DNA from: Patescibacteria group bacterium
Lineage (GTDB): Bacteria; Patescibacteriota; Microgenomatia; UBA10105; UBA927
Length of the DNA stretch: 64,000 nt
Direction of reading: 5' to 3'
Assembly (NCBI GenBank): GCA_003545435.1
Contig: DPYI01000025.1
Span: forward strand, 19,701 to 83,700
The notes beneath the pieces are model-generated. The model was not told the origin of the DNA, ran no database searches, and was given only the letters and a program-made list of their open reading frames with translations. Positions within the stretch are counted from its first letter, which is position 1, and each line of letters opens with the position of its first letter. Positions 46,285 to 56,509 of this stretch are shown piece after piece. Both the position numbers and the translations under genes were made by a program.

Positions 46285-47977
46285 ATATCACGAGAATCGG
46301 ATTACCGTTTAATACGTTAACCGTATGCAATATTTTTTTATCTCTTGTTTCAGTTCCTGCTGGAGCAATATAAAGACACGTACCGGTGCAATCCTCAGGC
46401 ATATCGCTCGTAAAATGGTATTTCCCAAATCCATACACATGGTAAAACCCTGCTGCATCAAACGATGCGTTTTTCGTACGGAAGAATTCATGAGGATCCG
46501 TTTTATTATAGAAAAGAGTGTACATATATGGTCTGCCGATTGATCCAGTCATATATATCGTGTCATAGTTGCTTTCGATAGGTTGGATGAACTGCAGTGC
46601 TTGTTTGTATCCGTATTGCCACTCGCCGGAGAATTCCTTTGGGTAATGAACGTAATAATTGTGGAGATAATATATAACGCCGAAGCCATAGAAAGATGCG
46701 AGCAATAAACAAAAAGCAAACAAGAATACTTTCCTTGTCAGCTTCATTTTTATACGTAATACTGTCGTTAGTATCCCGTATGCTGTGAATATCTGCCACG
46801 TAGGAAGGCTATTGAGGGTCCGCAGGGCATGCGGTGTCTCCCTGGCAACAGCAGCAGGGGCTATTGCCATGATCATCCAATATAAAAGAAAGAGTGCAAT
46901 TGATCGATGTTGTACCAACATCGATAATACCCCTATCGCAACAAACGGAGCTTCAATCAGATACAACTGTCCCACATCCTGTATGGAAAATTTCGGATTT
47001 CCGTCGCCTTTTATAAATAAATATTCCGGCTGGAAATGATCAAGAAAATGGAGCATATAGCTCCTGGCATACCCAACGCGGCGGTTAAACAGTATTTTTG
47101 CCCACCATGCATGCCTGGCTTCTTCAATTCTTCTGTTGGAAACAAGAACAATCTCCGGATCACTGAAAATATTTACTTCCGTAAAACGAAGTCTGGCCTC
47201 TTTTGAGAGTAAATGAGGAATGATCGGAATCATGAAAAAAACTGCAATAATGACACCTGCTCCAAAAAAGCGCAGGTGTTTCTTTACGGCATTTCGTCCC
47301 ATAAAAAGCAGTCCTCCTGCCATAAGCGGAACAAAATACCGAGCACTGTTAAACGTATAGACAGCTCCGACAAACGGAATCCATGCTGCAATCCATAATT
47401 TCGGCCTGTCTATGGCCTTTAACACAGCGATGATTCCCAGTACGACAAAAAATAAAGCGATATTTGCCTCAAATCCTGCCCGGGACAAATTAATATGCCA
47501 TGGGGAGATTGCCAACAGCAAACTTGATAACAAAGCAATTTGAAATTTGAAATTTGAAATTTGAAATTTATTTGAAAATTGAAAATTGGATTTTGAAAAT
47601 TTGCTGTTGTTAAAATCAGATCTAAATAATTCAATAACTAAAAAATACGTAAGCAGTATCGTCAGCGTCCCAAAAAGGGCAGAAGGAAAACGCACTGCAA
47701 ACTCATTTAATCCAAAAACGGCAACAGATGGTACAGTAAGATAAATGCCAAGAGGCGGTTTATAATCTCCATAGGCAGTAAACGTATCCAGAGGAAAAAA
47801 TCGACCATGCTCATCCTTGCCGGTTTTGAGAATCGAATAGGCATTGTACCCGATTGATACTTCGTCCCAAGAAAGAGACGGTGGATTTCCAGACAGCTGA
47901 ACAGTGCGGAGAAAAAAAGCAAAAATAGTAATAATAAACAATAAGCAAAATTGCTTTTTCATACAAATTACTATCAC
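46277..47977 (-). CDS. ArnT/PMT-like GT-C glycosyltransferase (GT39-like), paralog family C
   Basis: 566 aa; PPSLSWDEVSIGYNAYSILKTGKDEHG; contains a low-complexity loop NNSKFSKSNFQFSNKFQISNFKFQ encoded by heptamer repeats. Confidence 0.65.
   Translation of the reverse strand: MIVICMKKQFCLLFIITIFAFFLRTVQLSGNPPSLSWDEVSIGYNAYSILKTGKDEHGRFFPLDTFTAYGDYKPPLGIYLTVPSVAVFGLNEFAVRFPSALFGTLTILLTYFLVIELFRSDFNNSKFSKSNFQFSNKFQISNFKFQIALLSSLLLAISPWHINLSRAGFEANIALFFVVLGIIAVLKAIDRPKLWIAAWIPFVGAVYTFNSARYFVPLMAGGLLFMGRNAVKKHLRFFGAGVIIAVFFMIPIIPHLLSKEARLRFTEVNIFSDPEIVLVSNRRIEEARHAWWAKILFNRRVGYARSYMLHFLDHFQPEYLFIKGDGNPKFSIQDVGQLYLIEAPFVAIGVLSMLVQHRSIALFLLYWMIMAIAPAAVARETPHALRTLNSLPTWQIFTAYGILTTVLRIKMKLTRKVFLFAFCLLLASFYGFGVIYYLHNYYVHYPKEFSGEWQYGYKQALQFIQPIESNYDTIYMTGSIGRPYMYTLFYNKTDPHEFFRTKNASFDAAGFYHVYGFGKYHFTSDMPEDCTGTCLYIAPAGTETRDKKILHTVNVLNGNPILVIYE
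47537..47603. repeat. Heptanucleotide tandem repeat (AATTTGA)x4 perfect plus degenerate copies, inside CDS 46277..47977
   Basis: Read directly: AATTTGAAATTTGAAATTTGAAATTTGAAATTTATTTGAAAATTGAAAATTGGATTTTGAAAATTTG. Confidence 0.9.
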
Positions 47978-48058
47978 ATTGCTAAAGATATGCTTTATTG
48001 TACCATGTAATGAAAGATGGATTTATTATATACTCATAGAAGAGAAAGATTCATTACC

Positions 48059-50482
48059 ATGAAACGCCTTATTCCCTACGGAATATTGATTGGAATTATT
48101 GCGTTATTTTTTTATAAAACTGTTTTGTTTCAGAAAATTCCTTTTGCAGGAGATCTGTTGCTTACAAGCTATGCGCCATGGCGCCATGTATCGTATTCCG
48201 GCTATGTTGCCGGAGCAGTTCCCTCTAAAGATCAGTATTTTGACGTCCTCAGGGAACTTTACCCATGGAAAACCGAGGTCTTACGTCAAATTCGTGAAAA
48301 AACAATTCCTTTGTGGAATCCATACAACTTTTCCGGCGGTCCGCTTCTTGCAAATTACCAATCGCAGATTTTTTATCCCTTAACCATTCTGTATTTTTTG
48401 CTTCCCCAAATCACTGCCTGGACATTACTCATCATTCTTCAACCAATACTCGGGAGTATATTTACCTATTTATTTGCGACATCTATCGGAATAAGTATGG
48501 GCGGGGCAATCATTGCTGCCGTCGCATTTAATTTTTCCAGCTTTGCCAATGTCTGGATGGAGTTTAATACCGTCTGGCATACAATTTTATGGCTTCCCCT
48601 CCTTCTTTATTTTGTTGAAAAGGGTATAAGAAACAAACATCTTACTGTCATTGAACAGGTTATTTTCGTTTTTGCAGTATTTTCCTCTATGACAGCAGGA
48701 CACCCGCAGGATTTTATCACTATGTTCTTCTTTTTCCTCATATATAAAGCTGCGCGCATCGCATCAGTAAAAAATTGGTCTCTCAAGGAAAAAATTATCC
48801 TTAGTACCCGCTTCCTGATGCTTACGACGATATCTTTTTTATTGGCCGCTCCGCAGCTTTTACCCACCATTGAACTGTTCAAAAATTCTGCCCGCGTCCC
48901 CCATGACTACCAATTTGTCTTAGATACAATACTTTTCCAACCCTGGCAACTGGGTCTTATTGCAGTTCAGGATTTTTTTGGCAATCCTGCAACAAAAACA
49001 TATTTTCTTTCTGATACATATGTCGGAAAAGTACTATCGATAGGCGTTGTGGGATTATTCCTCTCGTTTTTTTCTCCCTATTCTTCAAAACGGAAATGGC
49101 ATAGCACATTTTTTATTTTCGCGTGCATAGGACTGCTTCTTTTTACCTTTAATACGCCGGTTGCCCGGCTGTTTCACCGATATCCGCTACCGATCCTTTC
49201 TACAGGTGCGCCGACAAGAATCCTTTTTCTTTTTTGTCTCTCGCTTTCCGTATTGGGAGGCTTTGGTTTTGATACACTGTTGGGTTCAAAAAAAATTTTC
49301 TGGAAACCCTTGGTGACTATTGGGGTGATTATCGTTTTTCTTTGGGGATTTGCACTTCTTCATCCGCAATTTCCCGGTTTAACATACACCCAACAGTCCT
49401 TTTTAACCATGAAAAAGGCCATACTCTTCTCCACTGGATGTATTGGTCTTTCCATGCTTCTTATGTATGTGGGCATGTATAAACGGATTATACTTTATGG
49501 ATTTATTGTTCTTCTCTGTGGAGAACTATTCTGGGGATTTAATAAATTTAATCCATTTGTCCCAAAAGAGTTTGTATACCCTGATAATCCGCTCCTAACA
49601 TTTTTTCAAGAAAAGGGAGGGGTTGACCGCATATGGGGCTATGGAACAGCACAAATAGAGGCAAATTTTACGACTCAGTACCGGCTTTTTTCTACCGACG
49701 GAACGGACCCCCTCAATCTCAAATGGTATAACGAATTTATCCAGACAAGCCGCGATGGAAATATTGCAAAAACATTCAACCGAACCACCAGATCCGACGC
49801 ATACGTAGCACCGGGATACGGACAACGCGATTTACCCGATAATATATATAGACTGCGTGTCATGGACAGCTTGGGAGTCAAATATATTATCGACCGGACG
49901 GAAAACCCAAAAGACAACACGACATTTTCCGGTGAAAGATTTAAGGAAATCTGGCGCCAACAAGATTGGAAGGTGTATGAAAATCTCAAAGCCGCACCCA
50001 GATATTTCCTCACTGATTCGTTTCTCACCTATGATACCCCTGAGGAATTTGAACAGAAATTCTTTGATCCAACGATCAATCCTAAACAAACAATTCTTCT
50101 TATGAAAAAGGACGGGATTAGTCTCCCTCAACACACAAAGGGGTTGGCAACTGTGGAGTTGGTTTCGTATAAGCCAAATAAAGTATTATTTAAAACGCAT
50201 GCAGACTCAACCAAGCTTCTTTATCTCTCTGATACATACGATACCGGCTGGAAAGCGACTGTTGACACTATGTTAACTCCTGTCTATAGGGCAAACTATG
50301 CATTCCGTGCAGTCATCGTTCCTGCCGGGAACCATACCATCACTTTTTCCTATCAACCGGATTCATTTCTGTGGGGTATGCGGTTTATGTTTCTTGGGAT
50401 AGGCTCAATAACTGCGCTTGTTGGCTTTCAATTGGTTGTTCAGCATAAAAGACGCGATGTTCAAAAAACCAAGAAAAAATAA
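48059..50482 (+). CDS. YfhO-family membrane glycosyltransferase (GT-C), paralog family D
   Basis: Start trimmed to MKRLIPYGILIG (ATG 48059); LYPWKTEVLRQIREKTIPLWNPYNFSGGPLLAN and C-terminal DTYDTGWKATVD...YRANYAFRAVIVPAGNHTITFSYQP match the YfhO-family signatures. Confidence 0.7.
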   Translation: MKRLIPYGILIGIIALFFYKTVLFQKIPFAGDLLLTSYAPWRHVSYSGYVAGAVPSKDQYFDVLRELYPWKTEVLRQIREKTIPLWNPYNFSGGPLLANYQSQIFYPLTILYFLLPQITAWTLLIILQPILGSIFTYLFATSIGISMGGAIIAAVAFNFSSFANVWMEFNTVWHTILWLPLLLYFVEKGIRNKHLTVIEQVIFVFAVFSSMTAGHPQDFITMFFFFLIYKAARIASVKNWSLKEKIILSTRFLMLTTISFLLAAPQLLPTIELFKNSARVPHDYQFVLDTILFQPWQLGLIAVQDFFGNPATKTYFLSDTYVGKVLSIGVVGLFLSFFSPYSSKRKWHSTFFIFACIGLLLFTFNTPVARLFHRYPLPILSTGAPTRILFLFCLSLSVLGGFGFDTLLGSKKIFWKPLVTIGVIIVFLWGFALLHPQFPGLTYTQQSFLTMKKAILFSTGCIGLSMLLMYVGMYKRIILYGFIVLLCGELFWGFNKFNPFVPKEFVYPDNPLLTFFQEKGGVDRIWGYGTAQIEANFTTQYRLFSTDGTDPLNLKWYNEFIQTSRDGNIAKTFNRTTRSDAYVAPGYGQRDLPDNIYRLRVMDSLGVKYIIDRTENPKDNTTFSGERFKEIWRQQDWKVYENLKAAPRYFLTDSFLTYDTPEEFEQKFFDPTINPKQTILLMKKDGISLPQHTKGLATVELVSYKPNKVLFKTHADSTKLLYLSDTYDTGWKATVDTMLTPVYRANYAFRAVIVPAGNHTITFSYQPDSFLWGMRFMFLGIGSITALVGFQLVVQHKRRDVQKTKKK

Positions 50483-52729
50483 AGAAACAGCGCTTATCCA
50501 TATTCCAATCGTATAAGACAAAGGAGTATATCTCAATACAACTTCTGATTCTCCGGCAGGCACCAATACTGCCCGAAAATTATAATTTGCCCTATAGAGA
50601 TGTTCTTTTTTCCCATTCACTGTAACCGTCCAGCCCGGAGTATGCGCATCCGATATATAAAAAAGGGCAGGCGTATCGGTTATAACCAAAAAACGTTGAC
50701 TGTTTACGTCAGAAGAACGGAGCTCTGCTGATCCCGTGCCTGTTGATAATTCCTTTTCTAAGGACTCCTCAAGGAGTACCGTCGTCCTCAAGTCGGTTTT
50801 TTTATTTCGTATGTCTTCAAGAATCGCCTTTCCGGACAATCCGGACTGCGCCTGATAGAAAAGGCCGAATCTCGGATGGGCATCCTTATTTATATACACA
50901 TCGTGACGTTCATCTTTATAAACCGGACTAAAATTATTCTGAAATAATAAAGAGCCGAAATAAGCAATGGAGGGGTTGTTACCATCTATGGTAACAACGT
51001 AGGATACCCCTAGAACATCAAAAAGATATTTCAGGTTCTTCGTGAAAGCAAATTGATAGTTATTTGTAGGAAAATCCTCCTGTGCTTTTCCCTCAAGAGC
51101 TTTTAATAGTTCGGCGGTTCGGGACAAATACAGCGGATTATATGTTTCTATGCTGAAAATATGTAAGACTGAAGGCACTTCACCCCCTACCAAACCATAC
51201 GTTCTTTGCAGAGTCCCTTCCGTTTTTTCTCTCACAAACTGAACAACCGGAATGTCCGGATACATAAATTTACTATTGGAAAACGTCAAAAATCGGTACC
51301 CCATCCGAAAAAGATCAAAATAGCTTAAGGCAAGAATTGCTACAACGAAGATACATCCTGTTAGGTAATATTTTTTACGTTTGTACATATATAAGCCTAG
51401 AATGACAAAAAATGTGCATGCGACAGCTACAGAAAACTTCAGGTTTCTTACCGTAGCACCGAAAAATACTATATATGTATTCAAAACATACGCCCCGGCA
51501 CATAATACCAGTATTCCGATGATATATGCCGCCGTCCATCTGAGCATCCGCCGATTATTCTGATTTTTCCGAAAAATATCCAATCCGTACCCGGAAAGAA
51601 CCGCGCCTGAAAAAAGCGCGATGAAAAAAAGTCTTCCTCCTGAACCGCTTGTTACAAGGGGAATATGAAGATATGAAAGGAGCAATCCAAACGGCCACAT
51701 AGAAAATACTATGGATAGGACAAATATAATTCCAAAAAAACGGATCGTCGGATCATTTCTTATGCGCGAAAACGCAAACAGCGTAAAAAACAGAGGCACC
51801 AGTCCGTAATATCCGCCTGTTTCGATATACCCGACATGAAGATCCATTGATGCCGGGTGGCCGAATATATCAGGAGAAAAAATCCGAAGTAACTCCTGCG
51901 GACGGATCAAGCCTTCAGAAAAAAGCGTTTTCGTCAATCCCATTCCCCTTCCTGACAAAGAAAACAGTTCTATGCCCGGTATAAGCTGTACTGCCGCAAT
52001 TCCGCATCCGATGATCATCGCACAGAAAATCATCAGAACGTCTTTCCAGGAACTTCGGTAAGATCGACCGATGAAAAAAACGAAAGCAATGACTATTCCA
52101 TATTCATATGCGACCATTTGCAGGTGCCCGGCAAAGAAGGCAAACGCAATACCGATGCTAAGTCCGGTTAAGTATACCCATTGCTTTTTTGCAAGATATT
52201 CATATGCACAGTAACAAAGAAACGGCAACCATATAAGCGTATGTCCATCCGATCCGAATTCTAAAAATCCGACCATGAGTGAAGAATACGCAAAAGCAAC
52301 TGACGCCAACAAACTTCCCCCTACGGAAACAGCTAATTTCCGCATCAAAAGATAACAGAAAAAGAATGCAAGGAAAAGCTGAAAAAACAACAATGCGTTC
52401 CACGCTGATATTTCACCGAACATGAAAAGAAGGTTAAACGGATAAAAAACCATTGGCTTCATACTCGCCATGAAAGGCATTCCGGTAAATTGATACGGAT
52501 TCCATAAAGGAATTATTCCATGCGTCAAAGATGCAAATGTCATATGGCGCCAGGGATACATCTGGATAACACTATCAAGCATGTAGGAATTTTTTATGAG
52601 AATTTGACTGGCCAATAACCAAGGAGCTGAATTGCATACAAGAAGATCAAGCGGCAGAAGTATAAGTCCAGAAAATATTGGATAGATAAAAATCAAAGAC
52701 GCGATAATTCCAATAATAAATCCAACCAT
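50405..52729 (-). CDS. YfhO-family membrane glycosyltransferase, paralog family D
   Basis: 774 aa; MYPWRHMTFASLTHGIIPLWNPYQFTGMPFMAS...DAHTPGWTVTVNGKKEHLYRANYNFRAVLVPAGESEVVLRYTP; its 3' end overlaps the 3' end of the convergent plus-strand paralog by 78 nt. Confidence 0.7.
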   Translation of the reverse strand: MVGFIIGIIASLIFIYPIFSGLILLPLDLLVCNSAPWLLASQILIKNSYMLDSVIQMYPWRHMTFASLTHGIIPLWNPYQFTGMPFMASMKPMVFYPFNLLFMFGEISAWNALLFFQLFLAFFFCYLLMRKLAVSVGGSLLASVAFAYSSLMVGFLEFGSDGHTLIWLPFLCYCAYEYLAKKQWVYLTGLSIGIAFAFFAGHLQMVAYEYGIVIAFVFFIGRSYRSSWKDVLMIFCAMIIGCGIAAVQLIPGIELFSLSGRGMGLTKTLFSEGLIRPQELLRIFSPDIFGHPASMDLHVGYIETGGYYGLVPLFFTLFAFSRIRNDPTIRFFGIIFVLSIVFSMWPFGLLLSYLHIPLVTSGSGGRLFFIALFSGAVLSGYGLDIFRKNQNNRRMLRWTAAYIIGILVLCAGAYVLNTYIVFFGATVRNLKFSVAVACTFFVILGLYMYKRKKYYLTGCIFVVAILALSYFDLFRMGYRFLTFSNSKFMYPDIPVVQFVREKTEGTLQRTYGLVGGEVPSVLHIFSIETYNPLYLSRTAELLKALEGKAQEDFPTNNYQFAFTKNLKYLFDVLGVSYVVTIDGNNPSIAYFGSLLFQNNFSPVYKDERHDVYINKDAHPRFGLFYQAQSGLSGKAILEDIRNKKTDLRTTVLLEESLEKELSTGTGSAELRSSDVNSQRFLVITDTPALFYISDAHTPGWTVTVNGKKEHLYRANYNFRAVLVPAGESEVVLRYTPLSYTIGIWISAVSLFFLGFLNIASFMLNNQLKANKRSY

Positions 52730-52753
52730 ATAATTCAGATAGTATATCAGAAA

Positions 52754-54106
52754 TTATATATTCCTTTTTTCTTTTTTTGGAAATGTCATGTTCGGAAATA
52801 CTGTTGATACATAAAAAACAACAGCAATAAGTACGATAAAGATGCTTATCAGCCATTGAACATGTTTCTGTCCCCATACAGCATAAGGAAAACCGGCGAG
52901 TAGAAAGGGGTGATATACGATATACATATTTATAAAATGAAGGATGCTTAAGGCGAAAAGTCCTGCCATATACCATGGTAAGCATACCGCAAGAATTGTC
53001 AACAATGGAAAAATCGGATACATATATCTTTCGTGCATGCGAGGCAGTACTAAAAATGCAAGAAGCGAGATTATGAATAAATTCCGAATAAGAAAGATGG
53101 TTGAAATTTTTTTTTGAAGAAGATTCAATGCAATTGGTATGAGAAATATAAAAAATATCAGTATCCCATACCAAAAAAGAGGAATACCGTAAAACGCGGA
53201 TGTGTCGCTTGGCGATCCAACCAAATGCATAACGGAAAAGTGAAAAGAATCTTCTATCCCTTCCGGAATTGCATGCGGACGAAATATCATCCACCACACA
53301 TTCAATGCATACGCTGTGATATTTGTCATCTCACCTATTGCGTTATTTTTAATAAACAGAGATATCCATATTAAAGGATTATTGTTTACCGGCAAGGTAA
53401 AAATAAATACAAAACATATCGCAGGAATCAGATATGTGATGTATTTCCCTTTTGGCATATTTTTCCACCACAGAAGGAGCATGAACGGTAGATTGTAGAG
53501 TAATGATAACTTTGTGTAGATACTGAGTAGAAACAACAGTATGCTGGGAAATATTTTTTTATTAAGCAAAAAGTATAGCGAGGCGATAAAAAAGCAATTT
53601 ACTACTGCATCCATCTGGCCCCAGACAGTGCTGTTATAGATAATCACTGGGTTAAAAAGAAATAATCCCATTCCGATATACGGCTGTAGAACATTGGGTG
53701 TAATTTTTTTTAAAATAAAGTAAATGGCGCTTCCGATAATAAGATCAGACAGTATAGGCGGAACACGGAATAAGAGAGTAATCAGGGTTACATTTAACCA
53801 TGGCAGAGATCCTGCAGGCACATGCATCACAGCTAAAACAATTTTACTGATTTGTATACCTATAAAATACATGCACGATAGGATATAGAGAAGGCCCGGA
53901 GGCTGGTTGTTTGGAAGCGTTCCGAATTGAAGGTGTGCGGATTTATACGTATCTGCAAATCCATAAAGGAACGCGATGCGTGCCCAATCTTTATACCGAA
54001 GTATGTCGGTATGTTCGCGTATATCTATAATATGAGACAGGATAACAATACGAAGTAATAATGCTAAAACTATTATAAAAATAAGCCAAAAATATTTTTT
54101 TCTCAT
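52754..54106 (-). CDS. Polytopic membrane protein (about 450 aa), putative GT-C mannosyltransferase-like (DUF2029/GT87-like guess)
   Basis: Start trimmed to MRKKYFWLIFIIV (ATG 54106); about 12 TM segments; periplasmic loop KDWARIAFLYGFADTYKSAHLQFG. Confidence 0.45.
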   Translation of the reverse strand: MRKKYFWLIFIIVLALLLRIVILSHIIDIREHTDILRYKDWARIAFLYGFADTYKSAHLQFGTLPNNQPPGLLYILSCMYFIGIQISKIVLAVMHVPAGSLPWLNVTLITLLFRVPPILSDLIIGSAIYFILKKITPNVLQPYIGMGLFLFNPVIIYNSTVWGQMDAVVNCFFIASLYFLLNKKIFPSILLFLLSIYTKLSLLYNLPFMLLLWWKNMPKGKYITYLIPAICFVFIFTLPVNNNPLIWISLFIKNNAIGEMTNITAYALNVWWMIFRPHAIPEGIEDSFHFSVMHLVGSPSDTSAFYGIPLFWYGILIFFIFLIPIALNLLQKKISTIFLIRNLFIISLLAFLVLPRMHERYMYPIFPLLTILAVCLPWYMAGLFALSILHFINMYIVYHPFLLAGFPYAVWGQKHVQWLISIFIVLIAVVFYVSTVFPNMTFPKKEKRNI

Positions 54107-56496
54107 TTTTTCAATCGTAAAATGAAAAATATCCCGATAAGAATAGCTGTGCATACGGATAGCAAGCTTCCGAGTGTAATCGAATTTGGCTGATATGTAA
54201 AAATAATAGTATGCTCACCTTCAGGAACTGATATTGCCCGAAATGCATAATTTGCCCTATAGATTTTTACTTCTTTATCATCCACAAATGCTCTCCATCC
54301 AGGATAGTAATTATCTGTTATGACCAGAAGTCCATCAGATGGAGATGCCACGCGTAGGGACAGAAAATTCTCCTTGTATGAAATTATTCCTACGACGGCG
54401 TTATCTGTATTGATTTTAGCATTCGTTTCATTTTTTCCTTTAATAGGTTCTTCTATGAGTACGGTTTTCGTCGGATCGAATGAATCGTCAAATAATCGTT
54501 CTAATAGAAGATCATCGTCAGCAATCACCTCTGAATCAGCCAATACAGAAATATGGGGAAGCATTGACGTGTTTTTTGCAATAATCCATGTATCATCTTC
54601 CCAGAGAATTTGACCAGAGTTTATTTGCTTCTTGTGATACTCCTCTTTTTTGTAAAGCACATTTCCTACGCTAACCAACTGCATGAGCCGTGCTATTCTT
54701 TTCTGCATAATCGGATTGCCTTCATCCCATCCGCTGAAGGTAACATCACTTCTGGTCAAACCTTTGGATGTGTCTCCTGTCTTTGCCCAGGAGAATAATT
54801 CTCCATATCTCTTAAGATAAAGCGGTTCGTAATACTGTGGGTCAAAAAAACGGAAGTATGATGCGATGTTTGTCGGAATCTCAGCATCGCCCACTCCGAC
54901 AATGCGATCGTATACTGTCAATTGTTTTATGCGGTCAATAACTTCTACAGAAGGTAATATGCGGGATTCAGAAGAAAACGGGAGAAATTTATTCGCATTA
55001 TATAATCCGGAAAAACAATAAATACTCATTATCATCAGTGCCGCAAAAATCCCGATTTTTTTGTACAGCCAAACTCCAAAAAGTGCAATACCGAACACAA
55101 CACACTCTAATATGATATTCCTTGCGGTCGTATCCCGTAATGCAACGAGCCAGCAATTGTGAGTAACTGAATCTAAACATGATACATGGGTAGAGGCGGA
55201 AAAAAGAGTAAAAATAACAATAATGCTTATAATCCCTATACACATCAATGCCGGCTTACGAAGCGGTACCTTCCCCTTCAAAAAGTTATCAAATCCCATT
55301 CCTGCCAATATGGCTATTGAAAATGCAGTAAGGAAAAAAAATCTAGACGGAATACCTGTTCCGATTATCGGGATAGGCAGACTATATATCCATCTGGATA
55401 AAGGCCAATTGAGTGTCAAAAGGAACGTCAGACATATGACAATTTCATAAAATAGCCTGACATACCTCCTTTTATCCAATACATTCTTTCCTATCAATAC
55501 CGTTACAAAAAAAATGGGTATCATGCCCATATAGAGGGCTGTTTCAACGTAATCTTTTCTTTCCCAGAAATTATACGTTGCGGGATTGCCGAAAAAATTT
55601 GGTATAAAGAGCGTTATGAAGTGATCTATCGGGAGCAAAAACCGATCAAATATAAACTGTGAGGCGCTGTGCGTCATGTTTGAATTTCTATACAATTCCA
55701 ACGTGGGAAGAAGCTGAACAGCCGAAAGACCCATTCCTAAAAGGAATGATGCCCCAAGAGGAAAAATTGAAATGCGTTCCATACGGCATAGAGAGAGTGC
55801 ATAGCATCCGCTTATCAAAAGAACATACAGTACCATCTGCGGTTGTCCTGATATCATCATAAAAAAGACCATACATGGAATCAAAAACAACAATTTTGTT
55901 GAGGTATTTTCCCTATACTGTTCAATGATTGCCAAAATATAGGGAAGACACGAAGCAACATAGAGATATTCTCCGAATTCGTATCTCACGACTGCAAAAC
56001 CGGATAGCAAAAACGTAACAATGCTAAATACCGATGCGATTCTTGAAAATCCCAGTTTCCTCGTATACCACCAGCACCCGAGAGAAAAGAGAATCGGCTG
56101 AAGCATAATATACATTGTCCAGGCTGCGTGTCCGGTAAATAAAAGAAATAAAAGCGTTGTCGGAGTAAAAAATCCGGCATGCATAGTAGCCAGTAGTGGC
56201 ATACCGCTTCCGTTATACGGATTCCAAAGCGGCAAGGAACCGTTCTGTATACTCTCCTTTATGAGAATTTTATAGGGATAGAGCTGACGGAATACATCAT
56301 CCAGCACCGGTTTATGCGCTATTCCTAAAGATCTTGCGTAGGACGTCTCGCTTTTCCACGGTTCGTACCAAGCGATAAGATAATTCCCCGGAAAGGGAAT
56401 CATCCCAATAAAGGACTTCCAGAAAAGAAGTACGGTGATTCCCAGAGATATGGCTATAGGAAAAATAATTCGAAACACCGACTTTTTGGAAATCAT
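54103..56496 (-). CDS. YfhO-family membrane glycosyltransferase, paralog family D
   Basis: Start trimmed to MISKKSVFRIIFPIAI (ATG 56496); LYPYKILIKESIQNGSLPLWNPYNGSGMPLLAT...DNYYPGWRAFVDDKEVKIYRANYAFRAISVPEGEHTIIFTYQP. Confidence 0.7.
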   Translation of the reverse strand: MISKKSVFRIIFPIAISLGITVLLFWKSFIGMIPFPGNYLIAWYEPWKSETSYARSLGIAHKPVLDDVFRQLYPYKILIKESIQNGSLPLWNPYNGSGMPLLATMHAGFFTPTTLLFLLFTGHAAWTMYIMLQPILFSLGCWWYTRKLGFSRIASVFSIVTFLLSGFAVVRYEFGEYLYVASCLPYILAIIEQYRENTSTKLLFLIPCMVFFMMISGQPQMVLYVLLISGCYALSLCRMERISIFPLGASFLLGMGLSAVQLLPTLELYRNSNMTHSASQFIFDRFLLPIDHFITLFIPNFFGNPATYNFWERKDYVETALYMGMIPIFFVTVLIGKNVLDKRRYVRLFYEIVICLTFLLTLNWPLSRWIYSLPIPIIGTGIPSRFFFLTAFSIAILAGMGFDNFLKGKVPLRKPALMCIGIISIIVIFTLFSASTHVSCLDSVTHNCWLVALRDTTARNIILECVVFGIALFGVWLYKKIGIFAALMIMSIYCFSGLYNANKFLPFSSESRILPSVEVIDRIKQLTVYDRIVGVGDAEIPTNIASYFRFFDPQYYEPLYLKRYGELFSWAKTGDTSKGLTRSDVTFSGWDEGNPIMQKRIARLMQLVSVGNVLYKKEEYHKKQINSGQILWEDDTWIIAKNTSMLPHISVLADSEVIADDDLLLERLFDDSFDPTKTVLIEEPIKGKNETNAKINTDNAVVGIISYKENFLSLRVASPSDGLLVITDNYYPGWRAFVDDKEVKIYRANYAFRAISVPEGEHTIIFTYQPNSITLGSLLSVCTAILIGIFFILRLKK

Positions 56497-56509
56497 GATA
56501 GTATGGCGT

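Noticed and set aside
47500-47610. Possible CRISPR array or minisatellite
   Set aside because: The units are 7 nt with no spacers; they lie inside a coding region and there are no cas genes anywhere in the window.
47419-47634. 71-aa ORF MNYLDLILTTANFQNPIFNFQINFKFQ
   Set aside because: It is generated by reading the heptamer-repeat tract in another frame inside CDS 46277..47977.
52647-53297. 216-aa minus-strand ORF nested in a different frame inside 52754..54106
   Set aside because: It is out of frame with a long multi-TM protein that has consistent hydrophobic periodicity; its Ser/Cys-rich composition is typical of an alternative-frame artefact in AT-rich DNA.
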